Source: a virus. Taken from it: a stretch of DNA of 64,000 nt. The stretch's first letter is position 1; each line of letters opens with the position of its first letter. The notes beneath the pieces are model-generated. The model did not search any database and was not told where the DNA came from. It worked only from the letters and a program-made list of their open reading frames with translations. The position numbers were made by a program, and so were the translations under genes. Location of the stretch: IMG/VR virus record IMGVR_UViG_3300050501_000322. One strand, 5' to 3'. Positions 6,207 to 17,025 of the stretch are shown here, piece after piece.

Positions 6207-9026
6207 GTGGCAGACAGAAAAGTCCCTTCCCGGTGCCTAACCCGGGCCGAGACTTCAAGCCTGAAAGGGCGAGCGCGGGTGCAGAGCGACTCAACCCACG
6301 GAAACAATAGCGACAAAGTCACGGTCTTGCAAGCCGCGCCTGGGTTCACCACGGCGAAGGTTATCCGGCCGGACGGCGTCCAGCAGTACAATGCTGGCGA
6401 ATGGTTCGCTGTAAATTCTGTTGATGTTTCAGATATTTACGACCTCGCCGCGCTGCTTGAAGAAGTCGGTCAGCCGGAGAACCGGATGCTGGTCATTCGG
6501 GGGGAGCTTTTGCCGGGCAAAACAGCGCCGGTACAGCGTAGAAAGACTTGGTTCGGGGCCGCGGCGCGCCGGTGGATTTGCCTCGACTTCGACTCGGTCG
6601 AGGTCGATGGGGACGCGACCCGGGACCCGGAGGGCGTCGCCTGTGAGGTCGTCGAAAGATACCTCCCCGACCGTTTTTCAGGCCCCACGTTCTACTTTCA
6701 GTATTCGAGTCGGGCTTGCCTAGGGGGCGATCGGCGCGCGCGCCTGCACGTCTGGTTTTGGCTCGACCGGCCCGTGTCCGACGACGAAGCGGCGGCGTGG
6801 GCGGAAGCCGAAGCCCCTGACGTTGACGCTTCGGTCTTTCGCGTCGTTCAGCCGCATTACGTCGCTCGGCCGGTGTTCGAGGGTGTAGAGGACCCGTTAG
6901 CGCTTCGTTCTGGGGTCTTTCACGGCCGATCTGATGTTGTTCTGTTCCCGCTGCCCGGCGAGTACGCGAGTCAAAGCGCCGTTTCGACGCCAAAAACGTA
7001 CGAAGAACGGATGGCCGAGCTCGGCGACGGTGAAGGGCTCGGGGGTTTTCATGCCGTTCTGCTTTCAGGCATCTGGACGTACCTAGCGCGCGGCGGGCGC
7101 GACCTCGACTGGTTGAAGTCTGATTTGCGCCGGCGGATTTCTGAGGCGCCGGCGGGCGTTGGGCGAAACGGCGATATCGAGCGGTATACGTCTGACTACT
7201 ACCTCGACGATTCGATCGCCGGTGCGAAGCGAAAACTCGCCGAACAGCGGGAGGGGCTCCGGCTCACGCGCGACAGTTTGAAGCCGTTCGCGCAGCGCGT
7301 GAGCCGGAAGATGAACGATCGCGAAGCTGAGCTCGGGCGCGCGCTGCTCTCGGCTTGCGACGGAGAGAAGTTCGAGTCGCACCTCGGACCGCGGGTCATG
7401 CAGTGTCTTGCCGAAAGATTCGATCAAGTGAACCCGGAGTCGATACGGCCTGTGTTTGCTCCGAGTGCTCAGGCGATGCGCGTGAGCCTCGACGAGCTCG
7501 TGCAAGAATTTTCTCGCGCGCAGGAAGAAGTTCGACAGCGTGCGCTTTTCAAAGACGAAGCGAGCTCTGCACGCGTTCGTGAAGCGTTCGGCAACGGTCG
7601 CGATCACCCGTACACACCTGGCGAGCTCGCAAGCGCACCGCCGAGAAGATGGATCCTGCAGCGTGCGAGGTCGTTTTATTTGCGCTTTCGCGACACGTAC
7701 CGCGGGCCGTACACGATGGAAGAAATTCAGAATGCCGCAGTCGTTCATCTTGCGCCGGCGAGCTCAGCCGGTGTCGAGCTTTTCAAGCTCGGAAAAAACG
7801 GCGAGGTCATTCAGAAGACGTCAACGGAGCTCGTTCGCGAGTACGGCACGGTCATCGACCGAGTCATCGCCGATCTTCGCGCGCAGCGGGCGAGTTACGA
7901 CGAGAAGTCGAGAACGCTCACGGAGGCGCCGTGTCCGCTTCGAGACATCAAGCCAGTTTTTCACGAAGAGATTCATTACTGGCTCGCGATCATGGCCGGC
8001 AGTCCAGACAAATTTCACAAGCTCTGCTGCTGGATCGCTTCGGTGACGTGGCTCGATCGCGTGGCGGTCGCGCTCTTGCTTACTGGCAAGAAAGGATCCG
8101 GAAAGAGCATGCTCGCGCAGGGGCTCTCGCGGCTCTTCGCGACGACGGGGCCGACGCCGCTCAAGAACGCTTTCGATACATTCAACGACGACTTGGCGCG
8201 TTGCCCACTTTGCTTCGCTGACGAAAAATTACCGGAGGACTTTCGAGGCTGGACGAAGAACGCCGAGCTTCGAGTGCACATTCAGGAACTCGAGCGGCCA
8301 CTCAAGAGAAAGTTCTTGCCCGTTGCGAAACTTCTCGGTGCTACGCGCACGATCGTTGCTGCGAATTCGGAGGACGTTCTTGCGACCAAGGAGAACCTCA
8401 CTGCGAGCGACGTCGACGCGATCAGCGACCGTTATTTCCACATTCACGTAAACCCTCAGGCGCATGAGTTCTTGAAGCTCGTCGATACGTGGGCCGACGG
8501 TGGTTGGGTCGAGGGAGACAAGATCGCCGAGCATGCACTCTGGCTTCGTGACAATTACAAGTGGGAGGCGAAGGGGAGGTTTTTGATCGAGGTCGACGAC
8601 GATGGTCTTCATGCCTCGCTCGCCACGCGGACCGGCGTTTCGAGCGCGGTGTGTCAGTGGCTGGTTTCATATCTTCAGGACCCGAACAGGTTTCACGGCC
8701 ACGCCTCGAGTCAGCTACATGTCAGAAAAAAGAACGGGAAGCTTCTCGTGAATGTGCGCGGGATTCTCCGGTGCTGGGACCTTTACGTCGGAAACGAAAA
8801 ATGTCCGTCGACCGGGATCCTGTCTCGCGCCATGAAGGGTCTTTGTTCGGACGGCCGGCTTCAATATCCGGATTCGCGGGGAATTGCGACGGCATACCGA
8901 ATCATCGACCTGAAATTTTTGAGCCAGTGGGCTGTCGACAAGGGCTTCATCGCGGACGAGGACGAGCTGAAGTCACTCGTCGCGGTTGACACCGAAGAGC
9001 AGGTGATGAGTCTGAAACTCAACTGA
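6207..9026 (+). CDS. primase-helicase (N-terminal AEP/prim-pol-like, C-terminal SF3/D5-like helicase)
   Basis: WICLDFD and RLHVWFWL primase motifs; Walker A LTGKKGSGKS; Walker B CFADE. Confidence 0.85.
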   Translation: MADRKVPSRCLTRAETSSLKGRARVQSDSTHGNNSDKVTVLQAAPGFTTAKVIRPDGVQQYNAGEWFAVNSVDVSDIYDLAALLEEVGQPENRMLVIRGELLPGKTAPVQRRKTWFGAAARRWICLDFDSVEVDGDATRDPEGVACEVVERYLPDRFSGPTFYFQYSSRACLGGDRRARLHVWFWLDRPVSDDEAAAWAEAEAPDVDASVFRVVQPHYVARPVFEGVEDPLALRSGVFHGRSDVVLFPLPGEYASQSAVSTPKTYEERMAELGDGEGLGGFHAVLLSGIWTYLARGGRDLDWLKSDLRRRISEAPAGVGRNGDIERYTSDYYLDDSIAGAKRKLAEQREGLRLTRDSLKPFAQRVSRKMNDREAELGRALLSACDGEKFESHLGPRVMQCLAERFDQVNPESIRPVFAPSAQAMRVSLDELVQEFSRAQEEVRQRALFKDEASSARVREAFGNGRDHPYTPGELASAPPRRWILQRARSFYLRFRDTYRGPYTMEEIQNAAVVHLAPASSAGVELFKLGKNGEVIQKTSTELVREYGTVIDRVIADLRAQRASYDEKSRTLTEAPCPLRDIKPVFHEEIHYWLAIMAGSPDKFHKLCCWIASVTWLDRVAVALLLTGKKGSGKSMLAQGLSRLFATTGPTPLKNAFDTFNDDLARCPLCFADEKLPEDFRGWTKNAELRVHIQELERPLKRKFLPVAKLLGATRTIVAANSEDVLATKENLTASDVDAISDRYFHIHVNPQAHEFLKLVDTWADGGWVEGDKIAEHALWLRDNYKWEAKGRFLIEVDDDGLHASLATRTGVSSAVCQWLVSYLQDPNRFHGHASSQLHVRKKNGKLLVNVRGILRCWDLYVGNEKCPSTGILSRAMKGLCSDGRLQYPDSRGIATAYRIIDLKFLSQWAVDKGFIADEDELKSLVAVDTEEQVMSLKLN

Positions 9027-9376
9027 TGGCCTACTTCATTGGAAAATTCCCGTTCGTGCACAAGGGCGCTGCGCGCCAGGAGGTGAGGCGCATCCTGCAC
9101 TCGCATCGAGCCGGTTATACGCTGAAGAAAAACGATTTCGAGTTGATCGCTTCGCTCGTCGCGATGCACCCGGAGGCCGAGAGGAAGATTGGTCCAGGGA
9201 TTCGATCGATCAGCGTCGGACCGCGCTGGCGCTGGAACTGGGCGACTCGAAAACACGACCTGAAGACGGCGGAATTTTGCTTCTGGGTTCATCGCTTGGA
9301 CGGGACTCGGGCTACGTTCAGCTACAAAAAATGTTTTACTGAAGAAAAAGTTGTGCTAGACGAGGCTAGACCGTGA
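9026..9376 (+). CDS. DUF3223 (DCL-like) protein
   Basis: HPEAERKIGPGI...CFWVHRLDGTRATFSYKKC. Confidence 0.75.
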   Translation: MAYFIGKFPFVHKGAARQEVRRILHSHRAGYTLKKNDFELIASLVAMHPEAERKIGPGIRSISVGPRWRWNWATRKHDLKTAEFCFWVHRLDGTRATFSYKKCFTEEKVVLDEARP

Positions 9377-10581
9377 CCGCCGTTCTCTACGAGTGGAGCT
9401 ATTTCCAGATCGCCGATGCCGAGGATTGCCTCCGGAAGTGGGCGTGGGAGCGGCTCGAGGGCGTCGAGCGAGAACGAAACAAACACGCCGCGTTCGGTAT
9501 CGACGGCCACGATATTTTGAAAAACTGGCTTGCGAAAAGAGAGTTCGACTGGAAGCGCCCGGCGAGCAAGGCCGCTGCGGAGCTCGCGAAGTACTTGCCC
9601 ATGCCGCAGGAGATTGAACCGAAGCACGTCGAGCTCGAGTTCGGGTTTGAGATTCTCGGAGAGAAGTTCATCGGCGGGGCGGATCTTTTTGTAGAAGTCG
9701 GACGGCTCGGTCGACCGGTCATCTACGACCACAAGTTCACGACCGACCCGTACAAGTGGGCGCTTGCGCCAGAGTCGTTCAAGGACGATATCCAGGCGAC
9801 GATTTATGCGACGTACGCGATCATCAAGACGCGCGCGCCGGCGGTCGATGTGCAATGGACGTATTCGGCGAGCTCAGGCAAACCAAGAGCGCGACCGGTC
9901 ACCGCGACGCTCACGGCAACTGACATCACGCCGCGTATGGAGCGGACCCTTACGACTGCCAAGGTTCTTCGAACTCTTTACGAAGAAAATCCCCGGGCAC
10001 TCGATCTGCCGCCGAACGTCGCGATGTGTGAAGCGTACGGCGGATGTCCGTTCAGAAAGTGCTGCAACCTAACACCGAGTCAGATGATGGAGGCGATCAT
10101 GGCCCAAGGACAGACGATGGCAAAGACACCAGAGGAATATCTCGCAGAGCTCAGAGCCCGAAGAAATGGACAAGCAATTCAGCAGCCGGTGAATCCGCCG
10201 GGCGGCGCTCCAGCGCCGATTGACGTGAGTCAACCGGTGCAGACTCAGCCGGTGAGTGATCTCGCGGCTCGGATGGCGGAAAGGCGAAAGGCAATGCAAG
10301 CAGCAGCTCCGGCGCCAGCGGCAGCGGCAGCGGTTCAGGAAATTTCGCCAAGCCCTCCGCCGCCTGCTGAAGAAAAGCCTGCTCGTGCACCAGGTCGCCC
10401 GAAGAAAGACACTTCAACGCCGGTCGCGGACGTGTTCATGGAGTTTTTGAAGGTCACGTGGCCGGTGACGCACGCCGAGGTCCTGCCACGAAGTGAAGAC
10501 GATGAGCAACTTGTGGCCGAGCTCGCGGCGTCGCGGGCGGACAAGCTCGTCATGCAGCAGCTCAAGAGGTTCGCGGGGTGA
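9373..10581 (+). CDS. PD-(D/E)XK (RecB/Cas4-like) exonuclease with a low-complexity C-terminus
   Basis: VELEF...GGADL...YDHKF...QATIYA and a C-terminal Cys cluster CEAYGGCPFRKCC. Confidence 0.8.
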   Translation: MTAVLYEWSYFQIADAEDCLRKWAWERLEGVERERNKHAAFGIDGHDILKNWLAKREFDWKRPASKAAAELAKYLPMPQEIEPKHVELEFGFEILGEKFIGGADLFVEVGRLGRPVIYDHKFTTDPYKWALAPESFKDDIQATIYATYAIIKTRAPAVDVQWTYSASSGKPRARPVTATLTATDITPRMERTLTTAKVLRTLYEENPRALDLPPNVAMCEAYGGCPFRKCCNLTPSQMMEAIMAQGQTMAKTPEEYLAELRARRNGQAIQQPVNPPGGAPAPIDVSQPVQTQPVSDLAARMAERRKAMQAAAPAPAAAAAVQEISPSPPPPAEEKPARAPGRPKKDTSTPVADVFMEFLKVTWPVTHAEVLPRSEDDEQLVAELAASRADKLVMQQLKRFAG

Positions 10582-11027
10582 AACTCGTCGCGATTGTCAG
10601 CGGCGGTCAGACGGGCGCAGATCGCGGCGGGCTAGACGCCGCGATCTCGCTCGGTCTGAACCACGGCGGATACGTGCCTGCCGGTCGCGGCGCCGAGGAC
10701 GGCCGCGTGCCCGACTGCTACGAGATGATCGAATGTTCGAGTTCAAAGTATCCGGATCGAACGCGACTCAATGTTGAACTCGGGCAGGCGACAGTGATCT
10801 TCTACCGAGGTGAGATGTCGCGAGGCAGCATGCTCACGCTCGGGATTGCAGACCACTTAGGTAAGCCGCTGATGACTGTGAATTTAGAGTGCTCTGTTTC
10901 GACGATGCTCAGAGAGTTCCTTGACGTGACCAATGTTGAAGTCCTGAACGTCGCCGGGACGCGCGAGTCTCGAGCGCCTGGCATCCAGAAGCAGGTTCGG
11001 GATTTTATCGTGGAGGCTCTCAGGTGA
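10578..11027 (+). CDS. SLOG-family 'putative molybdenum carrier' protein
   Basis: IVSGGQTGADRGGLDAA...RTRLNV...VLNVAGTRES. Confidence 0.85.
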   Translation: MKLVAIVSGGQTGADRGGLDAAISLGLNHGGYVPAGRGAEDGRVPDCYEMIECSSSKYPDRTRLNVELGQATVIFYRGEMSRGSMLTLGIADHLGKPLMTVNLECSVSTMLREFLDVTNVEVLNVAGTRESRAPGIQKQVRDFIVEALR

Positions 11028-11704
11028 AGAACGTGCTCATCGTCGACGTCGAGACCACGGGACTCGATCGCGAAAACGACAAGATCGTCGAGCTCGCGTA
11101 TTGCCTCTGGTCAGTCGAGCACCGGTCGATTGTCGAGGCCTACTCGACGCTCCTCTGGCAGGAGAAAAACCCGGCTGAGCCGTTCAATCGAATTTCGGAA
11201 CGACTTCTCTGGGATGAGGGTCGGTCTCCGGATTTGCCGCGCGAGATTTTCCTGACCGCAGTTCTGGGCGCTCAGGCGATAGTTGGGCATCAAGTTGATT
11301 TTGATCAGGCGTTTCTGGAGAGGTTCATGGGCTCCAAACTTCAAAGCACGCCTTGGATCTGCACCCGCGACGATTTCGAGTGGCCGCTCTCGCTCACGAG
11401 CCGGCACTTGGTCGACATCGCGCTTCGGCACGGCGTCGCCGTCACGAGTGCGCACCGAGCGCTTTCAGACGTGCTCTTGATCGCTCAACTCTTCGAGCGT
11501 GTGAGGGACATCGCCGAGCGACTCGAGCGGGCGCTCGTTCAGTCGCAGAAGCCGAAGGCTGATTTCGTCGCGACCGAGCCACCCGAGAAAAATGACGAGC
11601 TCAAGATGGCGGGGTTCCGCTGGACCGACAATTCCTGGAAACGGCGGATGACGATCGAGGACGCCGAGAATTCACCGTTCAGGCTCGTGAGGGTTGAAAC
11701 ATGA
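11024..11704 (+). CDS. DEDDh 3'-5' exonuclease (DnaQ-like)
   Basis: DVETTG, GHQVDFD, HRALSD. Confidence 0.9.
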   Translation: MKNVLIVDVETTGLDRENDKIVELAYCLWSVEHRSIVEAYSTLLWQEKNPAEPFNRISERLLWDEGRSPDLPREIFLTAVLGAQAIVGHQVDFDQAFLERFMGSKLQSTPWICTRDDFEWPLSLTSRHLVDIALRHGVAVTSAHRALSDVLLIAQLFERVRDIAERLERALVQSQKPKADFVATEPPEKNDELKMAGFRWTDNSWKRRMTIEDAENSPFRLVRVET

Positions 11705-12024
11705 TCAATGAGATTGAACAGTGGGCAGATGAGTGCTCAAAACTAGCAAAATTGTTGATGGGCGTTGATCCTAACAGGAAATTCAACGGAATTGATCTTT
11801 ACCGTTTTGAACAATATCACGAGAAGAGTAAAGCAGTTGTTTGGCAATGGATTGCATCTGTAAAAATGCTTGGTGATCGTGAAACTAGATATTCTTCACA
11901 GCATCTTGATTTAGGAGGGGCTATGAATGGGTTGCTCAGTCAATTGAAATCGGAAACTGAGCGTCTCATAAAATATGAGCGAGAAAAGCTCAACGAGCTA
12001 GAAGCCGCCATTCGAGGAAAATAG
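11701..12024 (+). CDS. hypothetical protein (low-GC segment)
   Basis: 107-aa coupled ORF; visibly AT-richer DNA. Confidence 0.55.
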   Translation: MINEIEQWADECSKLAKLLMGVDPNRKFNGIDLYRFEQYHEKSKAVVWQWIASVKMLGDRETRYSSQHLDLGGAMNGLLSQLKSETERLIKYEREKLNELEAAIRGK

Positions 12025-12026
12025 GA

Positions 12027-13757
12027 TTGCCTGACCTCTTCGCCGCCAATGACACCCGCGTCCGGTACTCGCCGGAGCTCCAGCGCATCGTGCGCGTGCC
12101 GAGGCGGATGTATTCCGAGGAGGACGAGCAGCGCTTCGCGCGCGAGATGACCGAGGCATTCAAGACGCCCTACGGCAAGATGGAACTTTGGCCGAAGCAG
12201 GCGACCATTCTGATGGAGTTCGGAATGTACGGCGGAGCTTTCGGTCCGCTGCCTGTGGGGAAAGGCAAGACACTGCCGTCGCTCCTGGCCGCCGAAGTGG
12301 TCCAAGCAAAACGGCCGCTCATTATCATCCCGGCCAAGCTCCTCGAGAAGACTCGCCGGGATGCGCGTCAGCTACGCGAGCATTTCGTATTCCCTGATTG
12401 GCAGCGGATCATGACCTACGAGTGGCTCGGCCGGATGCCGGCAGCCGAGGCACTCATCCAGTACGACCCTGACTGTGTCGCGCTCGATGAGGCACACAAG
12501 CTTCGCAATCTGAAAGCCGCCGTCACGCGACGCGTGCGACGGTTCTTCGCGCTGAAGGCGAAGCAGGGCTTGCCCGTTCCCGTGCTCGTGATGTCCGGCA
12601 CGATGACGAAGCGGTCGCTTCACGACTTCTGGCATTTCTTGATGTGGGTGTTCGCGCGCGATCAGGAGTCCATGCCTCTCCCCCGCGAGCATCGCGACCT
12701 TGAAGAATGGGCCGACGCCATCGACGAGCGTAAGGGGCAGGTCAAGCGCGCCGACCCTGAGGCCCTTCAGATTTTCTGCAACGAAGAAGAAAATCGAATC
12801 TGGACGCTCGATCGTCGAGCTGCAGCCCGGATGGCATTTCGGCGCCGGCTCGTCGAGACGCCGAGGGTCGTCGCCGCCGAAGAAGGTTCGTGCGACGCGA
12901 CGCTCACAATTAGCGCAGTCGAGTACGACCTCGCACCGAACCTGAAAGAAGCGTTTCAGAATCTTCGTCAGACGTGGACGCTGCCTGACGGGCGGTGGTG
13001 CATGGACGGGCTCGAGGCGAGTCGGCACGCCCGCGAGCTCGCGCTCGGCTTCTACTACCACTGGGACCCGCCAGCGCCGACGGAGTGGAAGGAGAAACGG
13101 AAGGCTTGGGCGAAGTTCGTGAGAGAGGTCCTGAAGCACTCTCGGCGCTGGGACAGCGAGCTTCAAGTTCGGCGCGCGCATCCGGAGGAGACGCTTTTGA
13201 AAGAGTGGCAGGCGATCCAGCCGAGCTTCACGCCGGCGACGGTGCCCGTGTGGCTTGACGACGCAGCTCTGAAGTACTGCGCGGCGTGGGCTGAGCGCGA
13301 GCGCGGCATCATCTGGACCGAACATGTCGTGTTCGGCGAGCGGCTCGAGCGGGACTTCGGCATCGTGTACTACGGTCGGAAGGGTCGGAGTATCGCGGGC
13401 AAATTCATCGACGACCACCCGAAAGACCAGCCGTTCGCGGCGAGTATTCAATCAAACGCGGAGGGGCGAAATCTCCAGGGCTGGTCGACGGCGCTCGTGA
13501 CGAGTCCGCCTCCGAACGGCAAGGGCTGGGAACAGCTCCTCGGACGGAATCATCGGCCGGGCCAGGACGCTGACGAGGTCGAAGTCGACACGTTTTTTCT
13601 CTGCCTCGAGCACGCGACTGCATTTTGGCAGGGCGTGAATGACGCGCTCTTCGTTGAGCAAACGACCGGATCGCGGCAGAAGATTCTGCTTGCGGGTCAT
13701 GACGTGCCGACACTCGACGAAGTGGCAAACCGGGGAGGGCACCTCTGGAGGAAATAA
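12027..13757 (+). CDS. superfamily 2 helicase
   Basis: TTG start; motif I GKGKT, motif II LDEAH, motif III MSGT, motif VI EQLLGRNHRPGQ. Confidence 0.85.
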   Translation: MPDLFAANDTRVRYSPELQRIVRVPRRMYSEEDEQRFAREMTEAFKTPYGKMELWPKQATILMEFGMYGGAFGPLPVGKGKTLPSLLAAEVVQAKRPLIIIPAKLLEKTRRDARQLREHFVFPDWQRIMTYEWLGRMPAAEALIQYDPDCVALDEAHKLRNLKAAVTRRVRRFFALKAKQGLPVPVLVMSGTMTKRSLHDFWHFLMWVFARDQESMPLPREHRDLEEWADAIDERKGQVKRADPEALQIFCNEEENRIWTLDRRAAARMAFRRRLVETPRVVAAEEGSCDATLTISAVEYDLAPNLKEAFQNLRQTWTLPDGRWCMDGLEASRHARELALGFYYHWDPPAPTEWKEKRKAWAKFVREVLKHSRRWDSELQVRRAHPEETLLKEWQAIQPSFTPATVPVWLDDAALKYCAAWAERERGIIWTEHVVFGERLERDFGIVYYGRKGRSIAGKFIDDHPKDQPFAASIQSNAEGRNLQGWSTALVTSPPPNGKGWEQLLGRNHRPGQDADEVEVDTFFLCLEHATAFWQGVNDALFVEQTTGSRQKILLAGHDVPTLDEVANRGGHLWRK

Positions 13758-13811
13758 GACTCAGCCGGGATCCATCTGTCGGTCCCGGGGAGAAAACAGG
13801 AGAAAAAGAAA

Positions 13812-14315
13812 ATGACGATTGCAAACATGTGGGACGGAATTGAAAAGGCCCAGCTCTTCGAGCGTGGTCGGTTCATGTCGGACGGATTCAAGGGCAAGGT
13901 GGAGGTCAAAAAGACCATCGCCAAGCAAACGCGCCGGAGCGGTCTCGGCTTCATCGTCGAGTTCGTCATTCGCGAGACGAACATGCCGGAGAAGCACGCG
14001 GTCGGTTCGAAAGCGTCTTGGTTCCAGAAGATGATCGATCCGTCGGTCGCGTTTCCAGCAGTGGCAGCGTGGGCGGCGGCGATGAACGGCTACGATCCGA
14101 ATAGTCAGAAGGAAAAGATCGAAGCAGAAGTGATGCCCATCTTGCGCCAGCTCATGACGGTAGCAACGGACAACCCTGATAACCCCGAGGTCAACCCGTT
14201 CCTCGGAATGTGGGTTGCACTCGAGTGTTGGCAGAAGAAGACGCAGAACGATCGCGACTTCACCGTGTACAACTTCTACCCGTGTGAGCAGCCGAAGACA
14301 CAGGCAGCAGCATGA
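13812..14315 (+). CDS. putative single-stranded DNA-binding protein
   Basis: SD AGGAG; lies between helicase and PolA; beta-rich, OB-like pattern. Confidence 0.45.
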   Translation: MTIANMWDGIEKAQLFERGRFMSDGFKGKVEVKKTIAKQTRRSGLGFIVEFVIRETNMPEKHAVGSKASWFQKMIDPSVAFPAVAAWAAAMNGYDPNSQKEKIEAEVMPILRQLMTVATDNPDNPEVNPFLGMWVALECWQKKTQNDRDFTVYNFYPCEQPKTQAAA

Positions 14316-14593
14316 AGAAGCTGAACGGCTCCCCCGTTAAAGACCTCCTGTTAAAGGCGGGGGAGCCAGTTCATTTTGGCGCAGCGGTGCCCTCTCTCAG
14401 TGAAGTCTCGATTGGTGGGGCAGCAGCCACTTACGATTGCCCTGGTTACGTTCCGGAAATGGGGGTGGTGACGAGTTGCCCGAAGATGATGGGCCTCGGC
14501 ATTCGGTGTCCAACTTGCAATGACACGGGTAAGACCACGGCAGCGAAACTCCGTGCACTCGGGGAGAGGTTTCGTGGAGCGATTCGACCCTGA
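14312..14593 (+). CDS. hypothetical Cys-containing protein
   Basis: Coupled ORF; CPTC motif. Confidence 0.4.
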   Translation: MKKLNGSPVKDLLLKAGEPVHFGAAVPSLSEVSIGGAAATYDCPGYVPEMGVVTSCPKMMGLGIRCPTCNDTGKTTAAKLRALGERFRGAIRP

Positions 14594-14831
14594 CACAGTG
14601 TTCTTGGTCGTTTTGCGGGTCATACGAACGACGGAGTTGGCGATTTTATTTCAACTAGGTAGCCGCAAATCGATTTGGGTGCCCAAGGCTTGCGTCTTGC
14701 GGGGTAGTAGATGTTTCGGTTGCGGTACAGAACATCTTGGTGACCATTGGGTGATGTTTTGTCACGGTGAGATTTGCGTTCCGGGGTGGCTCGCTGAGGA
14801 GAAGCTCGGGAGAGTAAGTTTCAAGACATGA
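14520..14831 (+). CDS. hypothetical protein (start uncertain)
   Basis: Ends overlapping the polA start (ATGA). Confidence 0.35.
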   Translation: MTRVRPRQRNSVHSGRGFVERFDPDTVFLVVLRVIRTTELAILFQLGSRKSIWVPKACVLRGSRCFGCGTEHLGDHWVMFCHGEICVPGWLAEEKLGRVSFKT

Positions 14832-16654
14832 CCGTTAGCTTCGACACCGAAACCGAACTCATTCGACCGGGCCGTCACGCCCCGCCGCTCGTGTGCGTTC
14901 AGTACGCTTTTTCACAATCGAATAATTACGGAGTTATTCATCAAAGCGAAGCGAAGGCCTTCGTCCAGGAACTGCTTGAGGGACCGGAGTTGATCGTCGG
15001 TTTCAACATTGCGTTCGACATGAGCGTTGTGTGTGCCGAGTGGCCTGACTTGATTCCACTCGTCTTCGACAAGTACTGGCGCAACGAGATCACCTGTTGT
15101 GAGCTCCGTGAAAAGCTCATCCATCTTGCTCGCGGACATCTTCGATGGCTTCGATTGGGTGGCGGTCAGGTCCGTCACCTCGTCTACTCCCTTGACGAGG
15201 TCGCCGAGCTCCGGCTCGGGATCAAGATGAGCGCGGAGTGGCAGCTCAAGTTCGCGGAGCTCCGGAACGTGCCGCTTTCTTTTTGGCCGAAAGAGGCGAT
15301 CGACTACGCAACCGGCGATGTCACTGTCCCGCTTCAGATCTACGAAAGTCAGGAGGCCGACGCGCACTTCCTCGACGACCAGTTCCGGTCGGCGCGAGCG
15401 GCGTTCTGGCTTCAGCTCATGAGCTGCTGGGGGATGCGCGTCGATGAACCGAGCGTCCGGGAGTTCGCCAGAAAGACTCAGCAGGAGTACGACGCGATAA
15501 AGCTCGAGCTCATGGCTGCCGGGCTCGTGCGCCGCGACGGCTCGCGGAACGTGAAGGCCGTGCAGCGGCGAGTGTTAGCAGCCTATGTCGCAAAGAAAGC
15601 GAAGACCATTCCGGCGACAAAGACTGGGATCAAGACCGACTCCGACACGTGCGAGCGCTCGGGTGACCCGCTCTTGAAGAAATATTCGGATTTTTCATCA
15701 CTCGGAAAGACACTCTCGACGGACGTGAAGCTCCTGAGCCGCGGTCTGATCCAGACGCGCTTCGAGCCTCTCGCTGAGACCGGTCGCACGACGAGCTCGC
15801 CAAACGTCCAAAACTGGCCGACTGATGAAGGCATGCGTGAATGCATCAAGGCGCCGCTCGGTTGGGTGTTTGCGGTCAGCGACTATTCGGCGTTCGAGCT
15901 CCGGACGTGGTCGCAGCTCTGCCTCAAGTACTTGGGTGTGAGCCGCATGTCGGAGTTTTTGAATGGCGGAGGCGACCCGCACTGTGAGCTCGCCAGCAAG
16001 ATGCTCGGCATCAGCTACCTGGACGCGGTCAACGAGTTCAACGCTGACCGAAAGGGCCGCGTGTACAAACCGCGGCAGGCGAGCAAGGCGGGCAACTTTG
16101 GTTTCCCCGGTGGGCTGACGCCGCCGCCGTTCAAGGAGTACGCGCGTAAGAACTATGGCGTCGACCTGACTCTTGAACGGTGTGAGGAGTGTCGAGCTCA
16201 TTGGCTCTCGGCGTGGCCCGAGTCTCAGCTCTGGCTCGATTGGGTTGGCGACCTCGGCGACACGATCCTTCACCCCTGCTCGAATCGGTATCGCGGTGAC
16301 GTGAGTTACACGCAGGCGGCGAACGGGTTTTTCCAAACGCTTGCGGCCGACGCGGCAAAGAATGCCGGGTTTTTGCTCGCGCGCGCGTGCTACGCCGATC
16401 CGGAGTCGGTGCTCTACGGTTGCCGGCCGTTCAACTTCGTTCACGACGAGTTCGTGACGTTGGTCCCGGACGATGAGCGAGCGGCAGACGCGGCCGAGGA
16501 GCAGGCGCGGATCATGGTTGCCGGAGCGGCTCCGTTTCTGCCGGACGTGCCGCCGGTCGTCGAAACGCTCTTGTGCAGGAGATGGAGCAAGGCTGCGAAG
16601 CCGGTGCGCGACAAAGACGGGAGGCTGATTCCATGGGATCTGAGGGCGGCGTGA
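14828..16654 (+). CDS. polA: family A DNA polymerase with 3'-5' exonuclease domain
   Basis: SFDTET and FNIAFD (Exo I/II); TGRTTSSPNVQN; motif A DYSAFELR; motif B RQASKAGNFG; motif C VHDE. Confidence 0.95.
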   Translation: MTVSFDTETELIRPGRHAPPLVCVQYAFSQSNNYGVIHQSEAKAFVQELLEGPELIVGFNIAFDMSVVCAEWPDLIPLVFDKYWRNEITCCELREKLIHLARGHLRWLRLGGGQVRHLVYSLDEVAELRLGIKMSAEWQLKFAELRNVPLSFWPKEAIDYATGDVTVPLQIYESQEADAHFLDDQFRSARAAFWLQLMSCWGMRVDEPSVREFARKTQQEYDAIKLELMAAGLVRRDGSRNVKAVQRRVLAAYVAKKAKTIPATKTGIKTDSDTCERSGDPLLKKYSDFSSLGKTLSTDVKLLSRGLIQTRFEPLAETGRTTSSPNVQNWPTDEGMRECIKAPLGWVFAVSDYSAFELRTWSQLCLKYLGVSRMSEFLNGGGDPHCELASKMLGISYLDAVNEFNADRKGRVYKPRQASKAGNFGFPGGLTPPPFKEYARKNYGVDLTLERCEECRAHWLSAWPESQLWLDWVGDLGDTILHPCSNRYRGDVSYTQAANGFFQTLAADAAKNAGFLLARACYADPESVLYGCRPFNFVHDEFVTLVPDDERAADAAEEQARIMVAGAAPFLPDVPPVVETLLCRRWSKAAKPVRDKDGRLIPWDLRAA

Positions 16655-17025
16655 ATCTGGATGATCTTTTTTCAAAGCCTGAATTTTCTGAAGTCGGGCC
16701 CAGGTACGACCGCAGTAAGTCGTCGCTCGCCGTGCTCGCCTATAACGACGATGGCAAGGGTTGCGTGCTGTGGACCGTGGGAGCCCACGTCCGGATGGAG
16801 ATGGAGGAGGGTGGTCTTTGGACGCTAGAAGAGCTCGGGCTCGAGCCGCCGGAACCGGGTATTTGGATCTGGGAGGGCAAATACATTTACAGCCGTTGCG
16901 GTCCGTATGGTGAGGACTGCGAGACTGATCCGAAGGGAGAATTTCGGCAGCCGACTGACGAGGAGTGGAAGTTGATTCGCGAGGGCTGCTGTCCGTGGAA
17001 TGACGAGGATTGGAAGATCAAGTGA
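16651..17025 (+). CDS. hypothetical protein
   Basis: GTG 16651 overlaps the polA stop; acidic, Trp-rich. Confidence 0.55.
   Translation: MNLDDLFSKPEFSEVGPRYDRSKSSLAVLAYNDDGKGCVLWTVGAHVRMEMEEGGLWTLEELGLEPPEPGIWIWEGKYIYSRCGPYGEDCETDPKGEFRQPTDEEWKLIREGCCPWNDEDWKIK

Noticed and set aside
9373-10581. Cas4 as a partner of the RAMP
   Set aside because: PD-(D/E)XK exonucleases are routine in phage replication modules; it is 5 kb away, inside the replication operon
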